Positions 1 to 9,710 are shown, numbered from the stretch's first letter. The stretch is 64,000 bases of DNA from Candidatus Heimdallarchaeota archaeon (GCA_019056785.1 DXJV01000084.1:96001-160000); one strand, 5' to 3'. Translations and numbers: made by a program. Notes: generated by a model from the sequence alone, not told the origin.

Positions 1-502
1 CCTGCTAGAAAATTGGAAAAACGAGATCATTGCTGATGCTATTATTAAGAGAGTGGAAGCAAAAATCCCAAAATATTTCAGGGCGTATTTTTCTCTTTCG
101 AAAAAAATGCTTTTAATTCAAGAACGAAGCAAGCAAGCTACAAAAGATTTCCTCGCGTTATTTAAACAAGCATATGCTGTCAAATTACAAGAAATCAGAA
201 TTAATGCCATGGTCATCCGAGAATTTGTTAAAAGAAACCCAAAAAAATTAACAAAATTGACTGTTAAAGTCCCTCAAGAAGTTGCTGGCTTTAATGGCTT
301 GAGCGAATTAACGATTGTTGGCTCAGATGTGATTAAAGGTTCGAAAGGACTAATGGACCGGCACGAAACTTCACCCATACTCATTGGCCCATGGGTAGGA
401 GTCGCCAATAAAAAAATCGAACTTAAAGTAGGCGAATCTTTAAAAACCAGCGGAATTAGTCATGTTCTGAAATTATTTGACCTTATAACGGAACTTTCAT
501 GA
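1..502 (+). CDS. hypothetical protein, 5'-truncated at window edge
   Basis: Frame is open from base 2 (LLENWKNEIIADAIIKRVEAK...) to the stop at 502; no recognised motif. Confidence 0.6.
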   Translation, partial: LLENWKNEIIADAIIKRVEAKIPKYFRAYFSLSKKMLLIQERSKQATKDFLALFKQAYAVKLQEIRINAMVIREFVKRNPKKLTKLTVKVPQEVAGFNGLSELTIVGSDVIKGSKGLMDRHETSPILIGPWVGVANKKIELKVGESLKTSGISHVLKLFDLITELS

Positions 503-641
503 ATTAATTGCAAAAACAGAAATGTTTTTTATCAATCTAATTAACGATTATGTAGAGACATTTTTACATTGAGAAATGAATGAGAATAGCAAGTAAAAGT
601 GGTTGAAATAACATTCATCAGAAAAAAGCAGAAATAATAGG

Positions 642-1457
642 ATGAAACAGGCATTTAAGGTGGCAAAAAATTTGAGTGATAATATTGATAATTTATTAAG
701 TGATATTTATTCTTCTGAAAGCCAGAGCCAAGGAGTAAAGGAATTAGCCAATTTAATTAATAGTCTCTCCCAATTACTTTTGAAAGCAATAAGTCAATTA
801 GAAAATCGTGTGTATAAATTGGAACAACAAATTGGAAGAGGTGGCGGAGCCATTTCTATGCCAAGAGCCCCAGAGCCGACAGCAACGCCAACACCAGCAC
901 CGGCACCAAAGCCAAAAGTTGCTTCTCCGTTTGGTGCGCCCGCTGCACCCCAAAGAACACCCCCACCCCCACCAGCAAGAGCTTCTCGAGCAGCAACACC
1001 AATGCCTGCGCCTAAAAAAAGCGATGGTCCAGCATCTGTTGCGGAAGCCGCTTCGATGTTGGGTGTAACTCTAAAGAAAGCACCAACCTCATCAGGACCT
1101 TCAGGAGGAAGTTCTGGCCCCTCATTTTTAACGACAACAGTTTCACCCAGTGCTCCAGGAAAGGCGGCAACACTAACGCCAGCAGCAAGCCCCACACCTC
1201 AAACAACAGCTGATGCTGCAGCACCCACAAGTGGTGGCGGCATAGCAGGGCCAACCGGAGGCTTTCGTGGCGAACTTGCAGAGAAACTCGCAAAAAGAAG
1301 AAAGAAGGTCCAAGAACAGCTCGAAAGTGATTTTGAAGGAGCAGATCTTGCAGCAAGTCCGGCTCCTCAAGAAGCTGCAGAAGAATCCACAAGTAGTGAA
1401 TTAAAAGTTGATTTAGAGGAAGAATTACGAAACGCATTCTCAAAACTAAAAGGTTAA
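642..1457 (+). CDS. Pro-rich protein with N-terminal coiled coil and WH2/EVH2-like motifs (Ena/VASP-like architecture)
   Basis: Heptad region aa ~33-64; TPPPPP; AASMLGVTLKKA; GGFRGELAEKLAKRRKK; acidic segment; terminal amphipathic helix. Confidence 0.6.
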   Translation: MKQAFKVAKNLSDNIDNLLSDIYSSESQSQGVKELANLINSLSQLLLKAISQLENRVYKLEQQIGRGGGAISMPRAPEPTATPTPAPAPKPKVASPFGAPAAPQRTPPPPPARASRAATPMPAPKKSDGPASVAEAASMLGVTLKKAPTSSGPSGGSSGPSFLTTTVSPSAPGKAATLTPAASPTPQTTADAAAPTSGGGIAGPTGGFRGELAEKLAKRRKKVQEQLESDFEGADLAASPAPQEAAEESTSSELKVDLEEELRNAFSKLKG

Positions 1458-1463
1458 AAACGA

Positions 1464-2150
1464 ATGGCCAACAGAAAAGTAGTCTGTTTAATTAGTGATG
1501 GATTAGATTCACCCGTCGCTACTTTTTTGCTGGAAAAAAAAGGTTTAGAGGTTATAGGGCTTAATTTTAATAATTTCCCTCTGGTAAAACCAGCTAAAAA
1601 GAGTGAAAAACGGCTTATCCCAAAAGGGCAGATAAAAAACATTGCTCAAAAATTAGTGCAGGCTTTTACCCACCAACGATCCTTTGAGTTATATATAGTT
1701 CCAAATGGAAATGATTTAAAACGAATCGTCGAACAAAGCACTGACCCGAAAATCATCTGTGTTTTATGTAAAAGATTGATGTTAAGGAAAGCAGAACAAT
1801 TTGCTTTGAAACTAAATGCTAAATTTGTTGCAACGGGGGAAATATTAGGCGAACAAGCAAGCCAAACAATCAACAATTTATGGGTGAATGAAAGTGTACT
1901 CACCTCAACAATCTTATTACGACCGAACATTGGACTAAATAAAGAGGAAATTATTGACATTGCTCGTTCAATTGGCACATATCAACATTCAGAACTAGCA
2001 GCAAAGTTCACTTGTGGGGCAGTGCCGGAAAAACCAAGCACACAAGCAAAACTGAAGGAAGTGATCGCCGTGGAGAAAAAAATTGGGCTGGAAAAGGCTA
2101 TCCAGGAAAGCTTTGAGCGCACTCAAAGAGAGATTTTCTATAAAAACTAA
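1464..2150 (+). CDS. thiI: ThiI-family tRNA sulfurtransferase, catalytic PP-loop domain only (no THUMP)
   Basis: LISDGLDSPVA PP-loop; CVLCKR; TGEILGEQASQT; LRPNIGLNKEEI; distal Cys (FTCG). Confidence 0.8.
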   Translation: MANRKVVCLISDGLDSPVATFLLEKKGLEVIGLNFNNFPLVKPAKKSEKRLIPKGQIKNIAQKLVQAFTHQRSFELYIVPNGNDLKRIVEQSTDPKIICVLCKRLMLRKAEQFALKLNAKFVATGEILGEQASQTINNLWVNESVLTSTILLRPNIGLNKEEIIDIARSIGTYQHSELAAKFTCGAVPEKPSTQAKLKEVIAVEKKIGLEKAIQESFERTQREIFYKN

Positions 2151-2374
2151 CAATTTGTGTAAAAAAGAACATGACACAAAAGCTAATTCCCCAATAAAAA
2201 ATTATATTAAGGAATTTTTATTTTATTACACAAAAGTTCAAGGATAACAAAAACTGCCTTGAAAAAAACGAACCATAAAAAACAAAATTCAAAAGGCTCA
2301 ATTAATAGTATATAGAGAAAGCTTTTTGAATGAGTATAAGAAAGTGTGGTTCAATAAAAGAGGATGATGAATAA

Positions 2375-2788
2375 TTGAAGGGCATTATAACTGCTTCAAA
2401 ACTTGTCTCATCTCCAAAAGAGATAGCTTTTCCGGACCTAGTTATATCTGACATTTCAGAATTAAGTGGCGACAGCGGTAAAATACTCATTGTTTATGCA
2501 TCGAACGTTAAAGCCATCTATTTCTTCTCTGTGGAATCAGAAGTCATTAAAATCAGCATTAAAATCTATCCATTAACATCTCGCATAGTCGCAAAAATTA
2601 TGGCGAAAATAAACGAGTTCGCAAACAAAATAACATATTCAACTGGCCTATGCCTTGTAGACGATGTTTGTGTTTGGGAAGGCTTTCTGGAAACTCGACA
2701 TCTTACCTGCTCTTTAGAGGAAGTTAAAAACTTGCTCAAAGAGATTGAAGAAGTACAAGATGTAGCCATTGAAGAAGTCCCCCATTAA
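2375..2788 (+). CDS. hypothetical protein, ACT-like C-terminal domain with Cys pair
   Basis: YSTGLCLVDDVCVWEGFLE; similar to 8166..8615. Confidence 0.6.
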   Translation: MKGIITASKLVSSPKEIAFPDLVISDISELSGDSGKILIVYASNVKAIYFFSVESEVIKISIKIYPLTSRIVAKIMAKINEFANKITYSTGLCLVDDVCVWEGFLETRHLTCSLEEVKNLLKEIEEVQDVAIEEVPH

Positions 2789-2916
2789 CTCACGTAGCCT
2801 TTTCCTCTATATTTTTCTTTTCTAACATAATTAAATTTGTAAAGGCAGTTGATTTTACCTTAACCTTTTTTTAATGTAAGAAGATAGTTATGATAAAATG
2901 AGGAAAGTTGTAGAAA

Positions 2917-3900
2917 ATGGACCTTCAGAAGAAAATTAAAGATATCGGAGAACGGGGGTTGTTAGAACTTTTCGAAGGGTTAATTGACGAAGAAGATTTA
3001 CCTTTCAATGAAGATGCTGTTGCATTTTCAATTTCCCCCACCCATTCACTTCTCGTAAATATTGATACTTTTGTAGCCAAAACGGATGCCCCCCCAGGGA
3101 TGAAAGTCCACGAAATGGGGAGTAAAGCAGTAACAATGGCAGTAAGTGATCTTGCTGCAAAGGGAGCACCCCCACTTCATGTCTTAGCCTCAGGGGCTTT
3201 TCCCTCTGACCTAACGGTAAAAGAGACTATAGATCTCGTAAAAGCAATTCGAGATGCTGCACATTCTTATGGCGCAAAATTCCTGGGTGGTGATACGAAT
3301 GAAGCAGATGACATTATTCTCTCAGTTGTTGCCATTGGGATACGAGATAAAAAACACATAATTAGACGTTCCGGTGCCAAGGAAGGAGATATCATCTGCA
3401 CAACGGGCGAATTTGGTTTAACTGGGGCAGGATTTAAAGTTCTTCTAGAAGGGTATAATGCAACGCCGCAACAAAAAGAACTATTTAAAAAAGCCATCTT
3501 TACACCCAGAGCACGTGTTAGAGAAGGAGTCTATTTAGCCAATTTTGGCAGGATTTCTTCTTGTATAGATAGCAGCGACGGGCTTGTATGGTCTTTAAAG
3601 GAGATTCTCAGAGGAAAAAAAGCTCTTGGTATAGAAATAGAACACCTACCCATTCCTCTGGAAGTGCTTGACTTTGCAAAGAGAAACAACCTGGATGCTG
3701 AAGAATTAGCGTTATTTGGTGGTGAGGAATTTGAACTTATCTTTACGCTTCCTGAAAAAGATTTTGAGAATTTACAAGAGCGTCTTAAATGCCATAAAAT
3801 AGGGCGAATAGTAAAAGATGAGGTTAAAAGAATCATCTTAAACACAAAAGGACAAAAGGAAGAGATTGCCATTAAAGGGTGGGAGCATTTTCAAGAGTGA
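2917..3900 (+). CDS. thiL: thiamine-monophosphate kinase
   Basis: IGERGL, EDAV, SDLAAKGA, LGGDTN, IDSSDGL, GGEEFEL motifs. Confidence 0.93.
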   Translation: MDLQKKIKDIGERGLLELFEGLIDEEDLPFNEDAVAFSISPTHSLLVNIDTFVAKTDAPPGMKVHEMGSKAVTMAVSDLAAKGAPPLHVLASGAFPSDLTVKETIDLVKAIRDAAHSYGAKFLGGDTNEADDIILSVVAIGIRDKKHIIRRSGAKEGDIICTTGEFGLTGAGFKVLLEGYNATPQQKELFKKAIFTPRARVREGVYLANFGRISSCIDSSDGLVWSLKEILRGKKALGIEIEHLPIPLEVLDFAKRNNLDAEELALFGGEEFELIFTLPEKDFENLQERLKCHKIGRIVKDEVKRIILNTKGQKEEIAIKGWEHFQE

Positions 3901-3941
3901 ATTATTTATCTAAGTTAAATTAATAAGAAGATTAAAATTAC

Positions 3942-5288
3942 ATGGACTTGAAAAAACAGCTTATGTTGGAAGTAGCTCAACGAATTTTAGCAGAGAAAAT
4001 TCTATGTGACCATTGCTTGGGTCGACAATTTGCGCTGCTTGGATATGGGCTAAGTAACAAGAAAAGAGGAGAGATAATAAAAAACGCCCTCGTTTTACAA
4101 TTAATTGACAAACTGGCTGAAAATGAAACAAACCTTCGAGTACTTACAAACATAGCCCTTTCTGGGAATCGCTTAGCGAGAGAATCACTTGAACGGAAAA
4201 ATCAACCTGTGCCGGAGAGAAAGGAGAATTGCACGATCTGTAAAGACCTTTTCACAAAACTTGATTTTTATACGAAGAAAGTCTTGGACAAACTTGAAGG
4301 GGAAGAATATACCACTTTTTTAGTGGGAGCAAAAATAACTCCAGAATTAATGGAACGTGAAGATAACCTCCGTGCAAAATATCAGATCACTACTGGAGAA
4401 AGTATTAAATCTGAGTTCACGAGAGAGCTTGGTAAAAGGATTATGAGTGTGACAGGCAAAGAGCCAAATTTCGATCAGCCCGAAATAACAATTCTTGTTG
4501 ATCTACAACAGGAGAAAATCACTCTCCAACGACGCTCTCTCTTTATTTATGGTCGATATAACAAGTACATCAGAACTATCCCCCAAACAAAATGGCCTTG
4601 TTATGAATGTAATGGGAAAGGATGTAAAAGTTGTAATTTTACAGGCAAGAGATATCAAGAGAGTGTGGAAGAGCTTATTGCTGCACCTGTCTTAAAGATA
4701 ACAAAGGGGACATGCACACGGTTTCATGGTGCAGGACGAGAGGATATAGATGCGTTAATGCTGGGTTCAGGCAGGCCCTTTATCCTTGAAATTAGAGAAC
4801 CAAAAGTTAGAACTATTGACTTGAAGAAAATTGAAAGAGTAATAAATCGAAAAGCAAGAAAAAAAGTGGCGGTGTCACGATTGGCATTTTCATCTAAAAA
4901 ACAGGTTCAAACTCTGAAACAACAAGCCGAACAGAGTCAGAAAACTTACCGGGCAAAAATTGAACTTGAAAAGCCAAAAACACCCAACGAAATCCGACAA
5001 GTAGTCGAAACCCTCAAAAATGCTGTAATAGAGCAAGCCACACCCTCTCGCGTGCTTCATCGAAGAGCCAATTTAAACCGGAGAAAAAAAGTCTTTGATA
5101 TTACGATCAAACAACTGGATCCAATACACCTCCTTGCTGAAATTACCGGGCAAGGAGGATTATATATCAAAGAATTAATTTCAGGAGACGGAGGGCGAAC
5201 AAAACCAAGTTTCTCGAGTATTTTAGAGTGTGAAGCACGCTGCACTGAATTAGATGTGATTAAAATACATTACAAGGATTTCAAGTAA
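3942..5288 (+). CDS. pus10: tRNA pseudouridine(54/55) synthase Pus10
   Basis: CDHCLGRQF, GRYNK..R.IPQTKW, FHGAGREDIDALMLGSGRPF, GLYIKELISGDGGRTKPS. Confidence 0.95.
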   Translation: MDLKKQLMLEVAQRILAEKILCDHCLGRQFALLGYGLSNKKRGEIIKNALVLQLIDKLAENETNLRVLTNIALSGNRLARESLERKNQPVPERKENCTICKDLFTKLDFYTKKVLDKLEGEEYTTFLVGAKITPELMEREDNLRAKYQITTGESIKSEFTRELGKRIMSVTGKEPNFDQPEITILVDLQQEKITLQRRSLFIYGRYNKYIRTIPQTKWPCYECNGKGCKSCNFTGKRYQESVEELIAAPVLKITKGTCTRFHGAGREDIDALMLGSGRPFILEIREPKVRTIDLKKIERVINRKARKKVAVSRLAFSSKKQVQTLKQQAEQSQKTYRAKIELEKPKTPNEIRQVVETLKNAVIEQATPSRVLHRRANLNRRKKVFDITIKQLDPIHLLAEITGQGGLYIKELISGDGGRTKPSFSSILECEARCTELDVIKIHYKDFK

Positions 5289-5300
5289 GAAATTCGTCAC

Positions 5301-5774
5301 TTACAACCATTCTTCTATAAGTGTTGTATATTGTTCATCTGCTACGATTATTTCCTCGAATTTTCCAGAAAGCTCGGCCAATTCTCGAGCTAACAAGTGA
5401 TAACATGAAGGGATAACTCGCTTCATTATTGATGAAAAAAGAAAATCTTTGCAAGAGCAAAAAGAATGTTCTAAAGTGAGGTACGCATGCTCGTGCCCCT
5501 CCACCACCCAACGAGATACACCTGAAGGAGTAAAGAGGTATTTCTTCACCTTCTTTGCACCAATTAGCTCTAATGCTTTTTTTACCCGCTCACCAAAAGT
5601 TTCCTCGAGTTGCTCGATGTCTTGTACACTTAGTTTTTTTCCTTCGGCAATAAAAGTGAGAATCCTTGGATAAATCTCAAATGCTTTTTGGGATTTTTTT
5701 GAATGGTTTTCTGGTAAAGTGGATTTTATTGTTTCTTTCGCCACGATGCAGTTTGCTCCTAAATACAAGTGCAT
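5301..5774 (-). CDS. SWIM zinc-finger protein
   Basis: FCSCKDF...PSCYHLLA (CxC...CxH); start uncertain. Confidence 0.75.
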   Translation of the reverse strand: MHLYLGANCIVAKETIKSTLPENHSKKSQKAFEIYPRILTFIAEGKKLSVQDIEQLEETFGERVKKALELIGAKKVKKYLFTPSGVSRWVVEGHEHAYLTLEHSFCSCKDFLFSSIMKRVIPSCYHLLARELAELSGKFEEIIVADEQYTTLIEEWL

Positions 5775-5801
5775 TTGTATTTTATTTTAAATCTTCTCTT
5801 T

Positions 5802-6632
5802 TTATTTAGCAGTTCTTTTTTTCTGATTTTCAATGGCCTCTTCCAAAGTTAATACCCCCTTTGCCACTTTGATGGCCTGATCTTTTGAAATAGTTACTTT
5901 ACCTCGCGAATATTGTCTTGATAAAACCTGAATTTCTTTCAATTCACCTTCCGAAGGCTCCCATTGTTCCTGTGACTTGATGCTTTCTCCCAAACGAAAA
6001 GCAATTTCCATTGCAGCAGAAGCGTCTTTTCCAGCGATTAACTTTTGTCCTTCTCGACTACTATTCAGTATGCCTTCACGAGCATCCTGACAACTGGTGG
6101 GTGTTGTTTGAAGCTCATCAACGACTTCGATGGAAACGTGAGAAGGCTTATTGTTTAAGAGTTCATTTAAAAGTAGAATACGACGGTAGCCACCTGTTGA
6201 ACCAATCCTGATAATGACCATTTTCGCCGGGTTGTTTTTAATTGTTAAAAAAATATAATCAATTGCTTCATTTATTTCTCGAGTCTCTAATACACCCCGT
6301 AAACAACCATCGGTAATAATCGCTACTCCAATGGTTCGCCCAGGGTCAACGCCAATTATTAAGGACTCCCAAATTCTTTTGCCTTCTAACCCTAATAATA
6401 CCTTTGTGATAGCCTTTGAGATGTTCATAACTTCAGATCGAGACAAAACAACCAATTTTTCATAAGTCAGTGTGTTATTTTTGAATTCTTCTTCTGTAGT
6501 AACGACGAGTACAGAATTTCGAGCAGCAGGTTTTCCGGGAACAATCTGTTCAGTTGCAATCCCCCTTAAAGCTAATTTTTCTTGAAGGAGGAAACTCAAA
6601 CGAAAATCCATGGTTGCAAGGGAAACAAGCAT
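5802..6632 (-). CDS. RNase H-like (YqgF/RuvC-like) fold protein
   Basis: IIGVDPGRTIGVAI, VVDE..TT and DASAA motifs. Confidence 0.65.
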   Translation of the reverse strand: MLVSLATMDFRLSFLLQEKLALRGIATEQIVPGKPAARNSVLVVTTEEEFKNNTLTYEKLVVLSRSEVMNISKAITKVLLGLEGKRIWESLIIGVDPGRTIGVAIITDGCLRGVLETREINEAIDYIFLTIKNNPAKMVIIRIGSTGGYRRILLLNELLNNKPSHVSIEVVDELQTTPTSCQDAREGILNSSREGQKLIAGKDASAAMEIAFRLGESIKSQEQWEPSEGELKEIQVLSRQYSRGKVTISKDQAIKVAKGVLTLEEAIENQKKRTAK

Positions 6633-6789
6633 TATTATCGTTCCTAACTGCTTGGGACTATTATTTTAAAAAATCACTTTCCTATTAATGAACCTTATGT
6701 TTTTAAAGGTAAAAAAGAATAGCATGAAAGAATAATAAGAACAAGCCAAAAATTAGAAAAAGTGAAGGGGTGCTTATATAAGCAGTAGA

Positions 6790-7497
6790 GTGATTCTTAT
6801 GAAATCAATTCATTACCCATTAATAATTGTTAATTTTAAAACCTATACACGAGGGACAGGGCAAAAGGGTTTACAATTGGCTAAAATATGTGATGAGGTT
6901 GCAAGAGAATTTAATGTCTCAATTGTGGTTGCTGTTCAGATGGCCGATATTCGGTGGATCGCTTCTGAAATAGAGATCCCCGTTTTTGCACAGCATGTAG
7001 ATGCCATTTATCCAGGGAGCAACACGGGCCATATTTTACTCGAAACTGTGAAAGAAGCGGGAGCCACAGGAACACTCGTAAATCATAGCGAGCGAAAGAT
7101 TACCCTAAAAGAAATTGCTCTAATCATCCAAAGGGCTAGAGAGAATCACCTGTACACATGTGTTTGTGCAAGCACACCAAAAATTGCAGGAGCAATCGCC
7201 GCTCTGAGTCCGGACAGCTGTGCAACAGAACCGCCAGAATTAATAGGCTCAGGCATCTCAGTAAGCATGGCTCAGCCGGAAGTTATTACTAAAAGTGTTA
7301 AAATAATTGAAAAGTTTAACCCCGCTGTCGCTCCACTCTGTGGTGCGGGAATCACAAACAGCCAAGATGTTGAAAAAGCGCTTGAATTGGGAACGAAAGG
7401 TATCTTAATTGCCTCTGGCGTGGTAAAAGCCACCGATCCTAAAAAAATCCTGGAAAAAATGGCTCAAGTACTGCTTAAATTTCAAGAGAAAAAATGA
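6790..7497 (+). CDS. tpiA: triosephosphate isomerase (archaeal type)
   Basis: VNFKTY, AQHVD, NHSER, EPPELIGSG, LCGAGI, ASGVVKA. Confidence 0.95.
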   Translation: MILMKSIHYPLIIVNFKTYTRGTGQKGLQLAKICDEVAREFNVSIVVAVQMADIRWIASEIEIPVFAQHVDAIYPGSNTGHILLETVKEAGATGTLVNHSERKITLKEIALIIQRARENHLYTCVCASTPKIAGAIAALSPDSCATEPPELIGSGISVSMAQPEVITKSVKIIEKFNPAVAPLCGAGITNSQDVEKALELGTKGILIASGVVKATDPKKILEKMAQVLLKFQEKK

Positions 7498-7535
7498 ACA
7501 ATCGAAAGTTCTTTAAATTTAATTGTGAAAGAAAT

Positions 7536-7568
7536 GTTTTGTGTAAGGGAGTGCACCCTTCACAAAAC
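7536..7568. promoter_or_regulatory. inverted repeat (operator or RNA hairpin) upstream of RHH gene
   Basis: gttttgtg-t-aaggg agtgca ccctt-cacaaaac: 13-bp stem with 1-nt bulge. Confidence 0.4.
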
Positions 7569-7630
7569 TAAAGAATAGAAGAAGTCGATTATTTATTGTC
7601 TTTAATAAATGAAAAAGGACGAGTAGTCAA

Positions 7631-8158
7631 TTGCCAGAAGAAATGCATATTAGTATTCCGAAAAAACTTGCGGACTTTATTGATAAACTAACAAAAGAAG
7701 GCTACTTCAAGTCACGTGAAGACTTTGCTCGCTGTTCTCTCGAGATAATGGCAGAACTCTATGGACTTTCAACCACAGCAAAAGGAGGAAAGTCCCTTCT
7801 TGACATCTTACGAGACAACGAGCATGTTCCAATTAAAACAGCAACGGCAACAACAACACGCTCTGGACAAGCTAAAACTCTAAGGGAACCCTCACAAACT
7901 TCAAGCAAAAAACCGGTGGTAGCTGGGGGGGAATTGTCACCTGTAGAATATGATATTTTAGACTTGTTCTCTGGAGCAACATTTGAATTTGAAGATGCAC
8001 TCCATGCAAGATACACAATGGAGTTAATGAAACAAGCAAAACCACCGTTACCAAAAGAAGAATTTATCAAGGCGTTAGAAAAACTCGCATCCAAGAAGAA
8101 AATTGAACGTACAGAACACAAAGGAAAGACTATTTGGAAAGTTATTGATCCCTACTAG
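7631..8158 (+). CDS. ribbon-helix-helix plus C-terminal winged-helix DNA-binding protein
   Basis: HISIPKKLADFIDKLTKEGYFKSREDFAR (RHH); C-terminal LEKLASKKKIERTE..W (wHTH). Confidence 0.65.
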   Translation: MPEEMHISIPKKLADFIDKLTKEGYFKSREDFARCSLEIMAELYGLSTTAKGGKSLLDILRDNEHVPIKTATATTTRSGQAKTLREPSQTSSKKPVVAGGELSPVEYDILDLFSGATFEFEDALHARYTMELMKQAKPPLPKEEFIKALEKLASKKKIERTEHKGKTIWKVIDPY

Positions 8159-8165
8159 AAATTTC

Positions 8166-8615
8166 TCAGCAAACTTCCAATACAGTTATTGTAATGCCTG
8201 AGACGCCTTCGATTGAAGAAAGTTCTTTCTTTAAATCTTCGATGTTGATTTTTTTGAATTCTGTGGCTTCGATATAACCATCGAAAACACATTTTTCTTC
8301 AACAAAACAAATACCTGTGGAATAAAGCGCTTTTAATCCGAGCTTCAAAAAGAGATTCCCAATTTGCCTTAAGAAATCACTTGATAATTGCCCGATATCG
8401 ACTGCTAATTTGTATACTTTATTGGATGAAGTTGGAATTATTCGAATGATTTTATTATTTGTTGTCAAAATAACAACAGCATACTCTTCCACAACGGCCT
8501 GTAATGCTTCTTGAAAAGAACTCGGAAGCTCGACTGATTTTTCATGGTCAAGTTTTAATACTTCAGCAATAGTTATTTGAGGGATGTTAGTCTTTTTTTC
8601 TGCCATATTCTCCAC
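8166..8615 (-). CDS. hypothetical protein, ACT-like domain with Cys pair
   Basis: YSTGICFVEEKCVFDGYIE...LSSIEGVSGI; similar to 2375..2788. Confidence 0.6.
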   Translation of the reverse strand: MENMAEKKTNIPQITIAEVLKLDHEKSVELPSSFQEALQAVVEEYAVVILTTNNKIIRIIPTSSNKVYKLAVDIGQLSSDFLRQIGNLFLKLGLKALYSTGICFVEEKCVFDGYIEATEFKKINIEDLKKELSSIEGVSGITITVLEVC

Positions 8616-8724
8616 TTCTATCTACTCTACTAATATAATAAAAGAATTATTTACATTAAATAACTATAAAGAAATCTCATAATTAAATAATTCCGTCAAT
8701 AAAAGGTTAAAAATATGCGAAAAA

Positions 8725-9708
8725 TCACACGGTAGTCACGGAATTTGCCAAGATCTTTGGTGGCCCAGCCACTTTATAAGGATGAAAAGACCAACCTTTT
8801 GTCTGCAATTCTTTTGCAACCTGCCCAGCAAACTCAACCGTGGTTGCTACAGTAATAAGATTGCCCCCACCGATGAGATAATAAGCCATAATTCCTCTCT
8901 CTCGCATAACTTCTAACTGATGACAAAGACGCATCATTTCACGTTTTCGGACGAAAAGATTTACTCCCTCGAGTAACTCATGAGCATTTCTGATGTTTTC
9001 TTCAGCAAGAGTGAGCATTGTAATAAAGTCTCTTTTTCGTGCAGCAGAGACAATTTTAGACACCCAATCAGGGATTCTTTTAACTCTCTTCGGAAAGTTT
9101 GGATTGGTTACAATGCCCGCATGAATCTCATCAGCTGATAAGCGAGAAGGGTAATGGAAAGGAACAGAAAATAACTTTATGGCTTCCAGCTCCTCAGCAG
9201 AAGCTATTTGTTCAACTGTTAAAGGGCGAGAGTGAACTTTGGTCAAGGTTAAGCCCCCAAACAAACTCCTCCCGGCACTTTCAGAACCTTTCATAGCGTG
9301 AAGTAAGAGCTTTTCTTTTGGGTAATGTAAATCGAGAGCAGCATTTAAGCCAGTATAAAGTGCTGCTAAGCCAGAATCGGAGCTGCCACTGAAAATGTCA
9401 ATGTTTTTTGACTGAATGATAAGATCGCCAGTGTGCTGACTTTTTGCGACAAACTTCTTAATGGAATCGACAATTTGCCTCCCTCGAAGGCCCGTGATTT
9501 CGGTTCCGTTTAAAAAGAATTTTACAGTCGTACCCTTTGATGTGGGTGTGAAATGGATTGTGGTCTCAGTTCTGGTAGTTTCATTGGGCGTTGTCACAGC
9601 CAGGCCCATTGTATCATATAAAGGTGTTCGATCAGAATTAATGCCTCCGAGAAATACAATTGGGATTGTAGGATAAGCAACAGTTGTTACTACACTGGTT
9701 TTCGTCAC
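8725..9708 (-). CDS. mevalonate 3-kinase (Thermoplasma Ta1305 type; GHMP/DMD family)
   Basis: AYPTIPIVFLGG..RTPL, SGSSDSG, SESAGRSLFGGLT, LIGGGN lacking the decarboxylase Asp. Confidence 0.8.
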   Translation of the reverse strand: MTKTSVVTTVAYPTIPIVFLGGINSDRTPLYDTMGLAVTTPNETTRTETTIHFTPTSKGTTVKFFLNGTEITGLRGRQIVDSIKKFVAKSQHTGDLIIQSKNIDIFSGSSDSGLAALYTGLNAALDLHYPKEKLLLHAMKGSESAGRSLFGGLTLTKVHSRPLTVEQIASAEELEAIKLFSVPFHYPSRLSADEIHAGIVTNPNFPKRVKRIPDWVSKIVSAARKRDFITMLTLAEENIRNAHELLEGVNLFVRKREMMRLCHQLEVMRERGIMAYYLIGGGNLITVATTVEFAGQVAKELQTKGWSFHPYKVAGPPKILANSVTTV

Positions 9709-9710
9709 TA

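Noticed and set aside
794-1443. Antisense and alternate-frame ORFs over the Pro-rich gene
   Set aside because: Shadows of low-complexity GC-rich codons; the + strand 271-aa ORF fits the gene order.
8725-9708. Call as diphosphomevalonate decarboxylase
   Set aside because: Lacks the DAGPN catalytic Asp and the NIALxKYWGK N-terminus; matches mevalonate 3-kinase instead.
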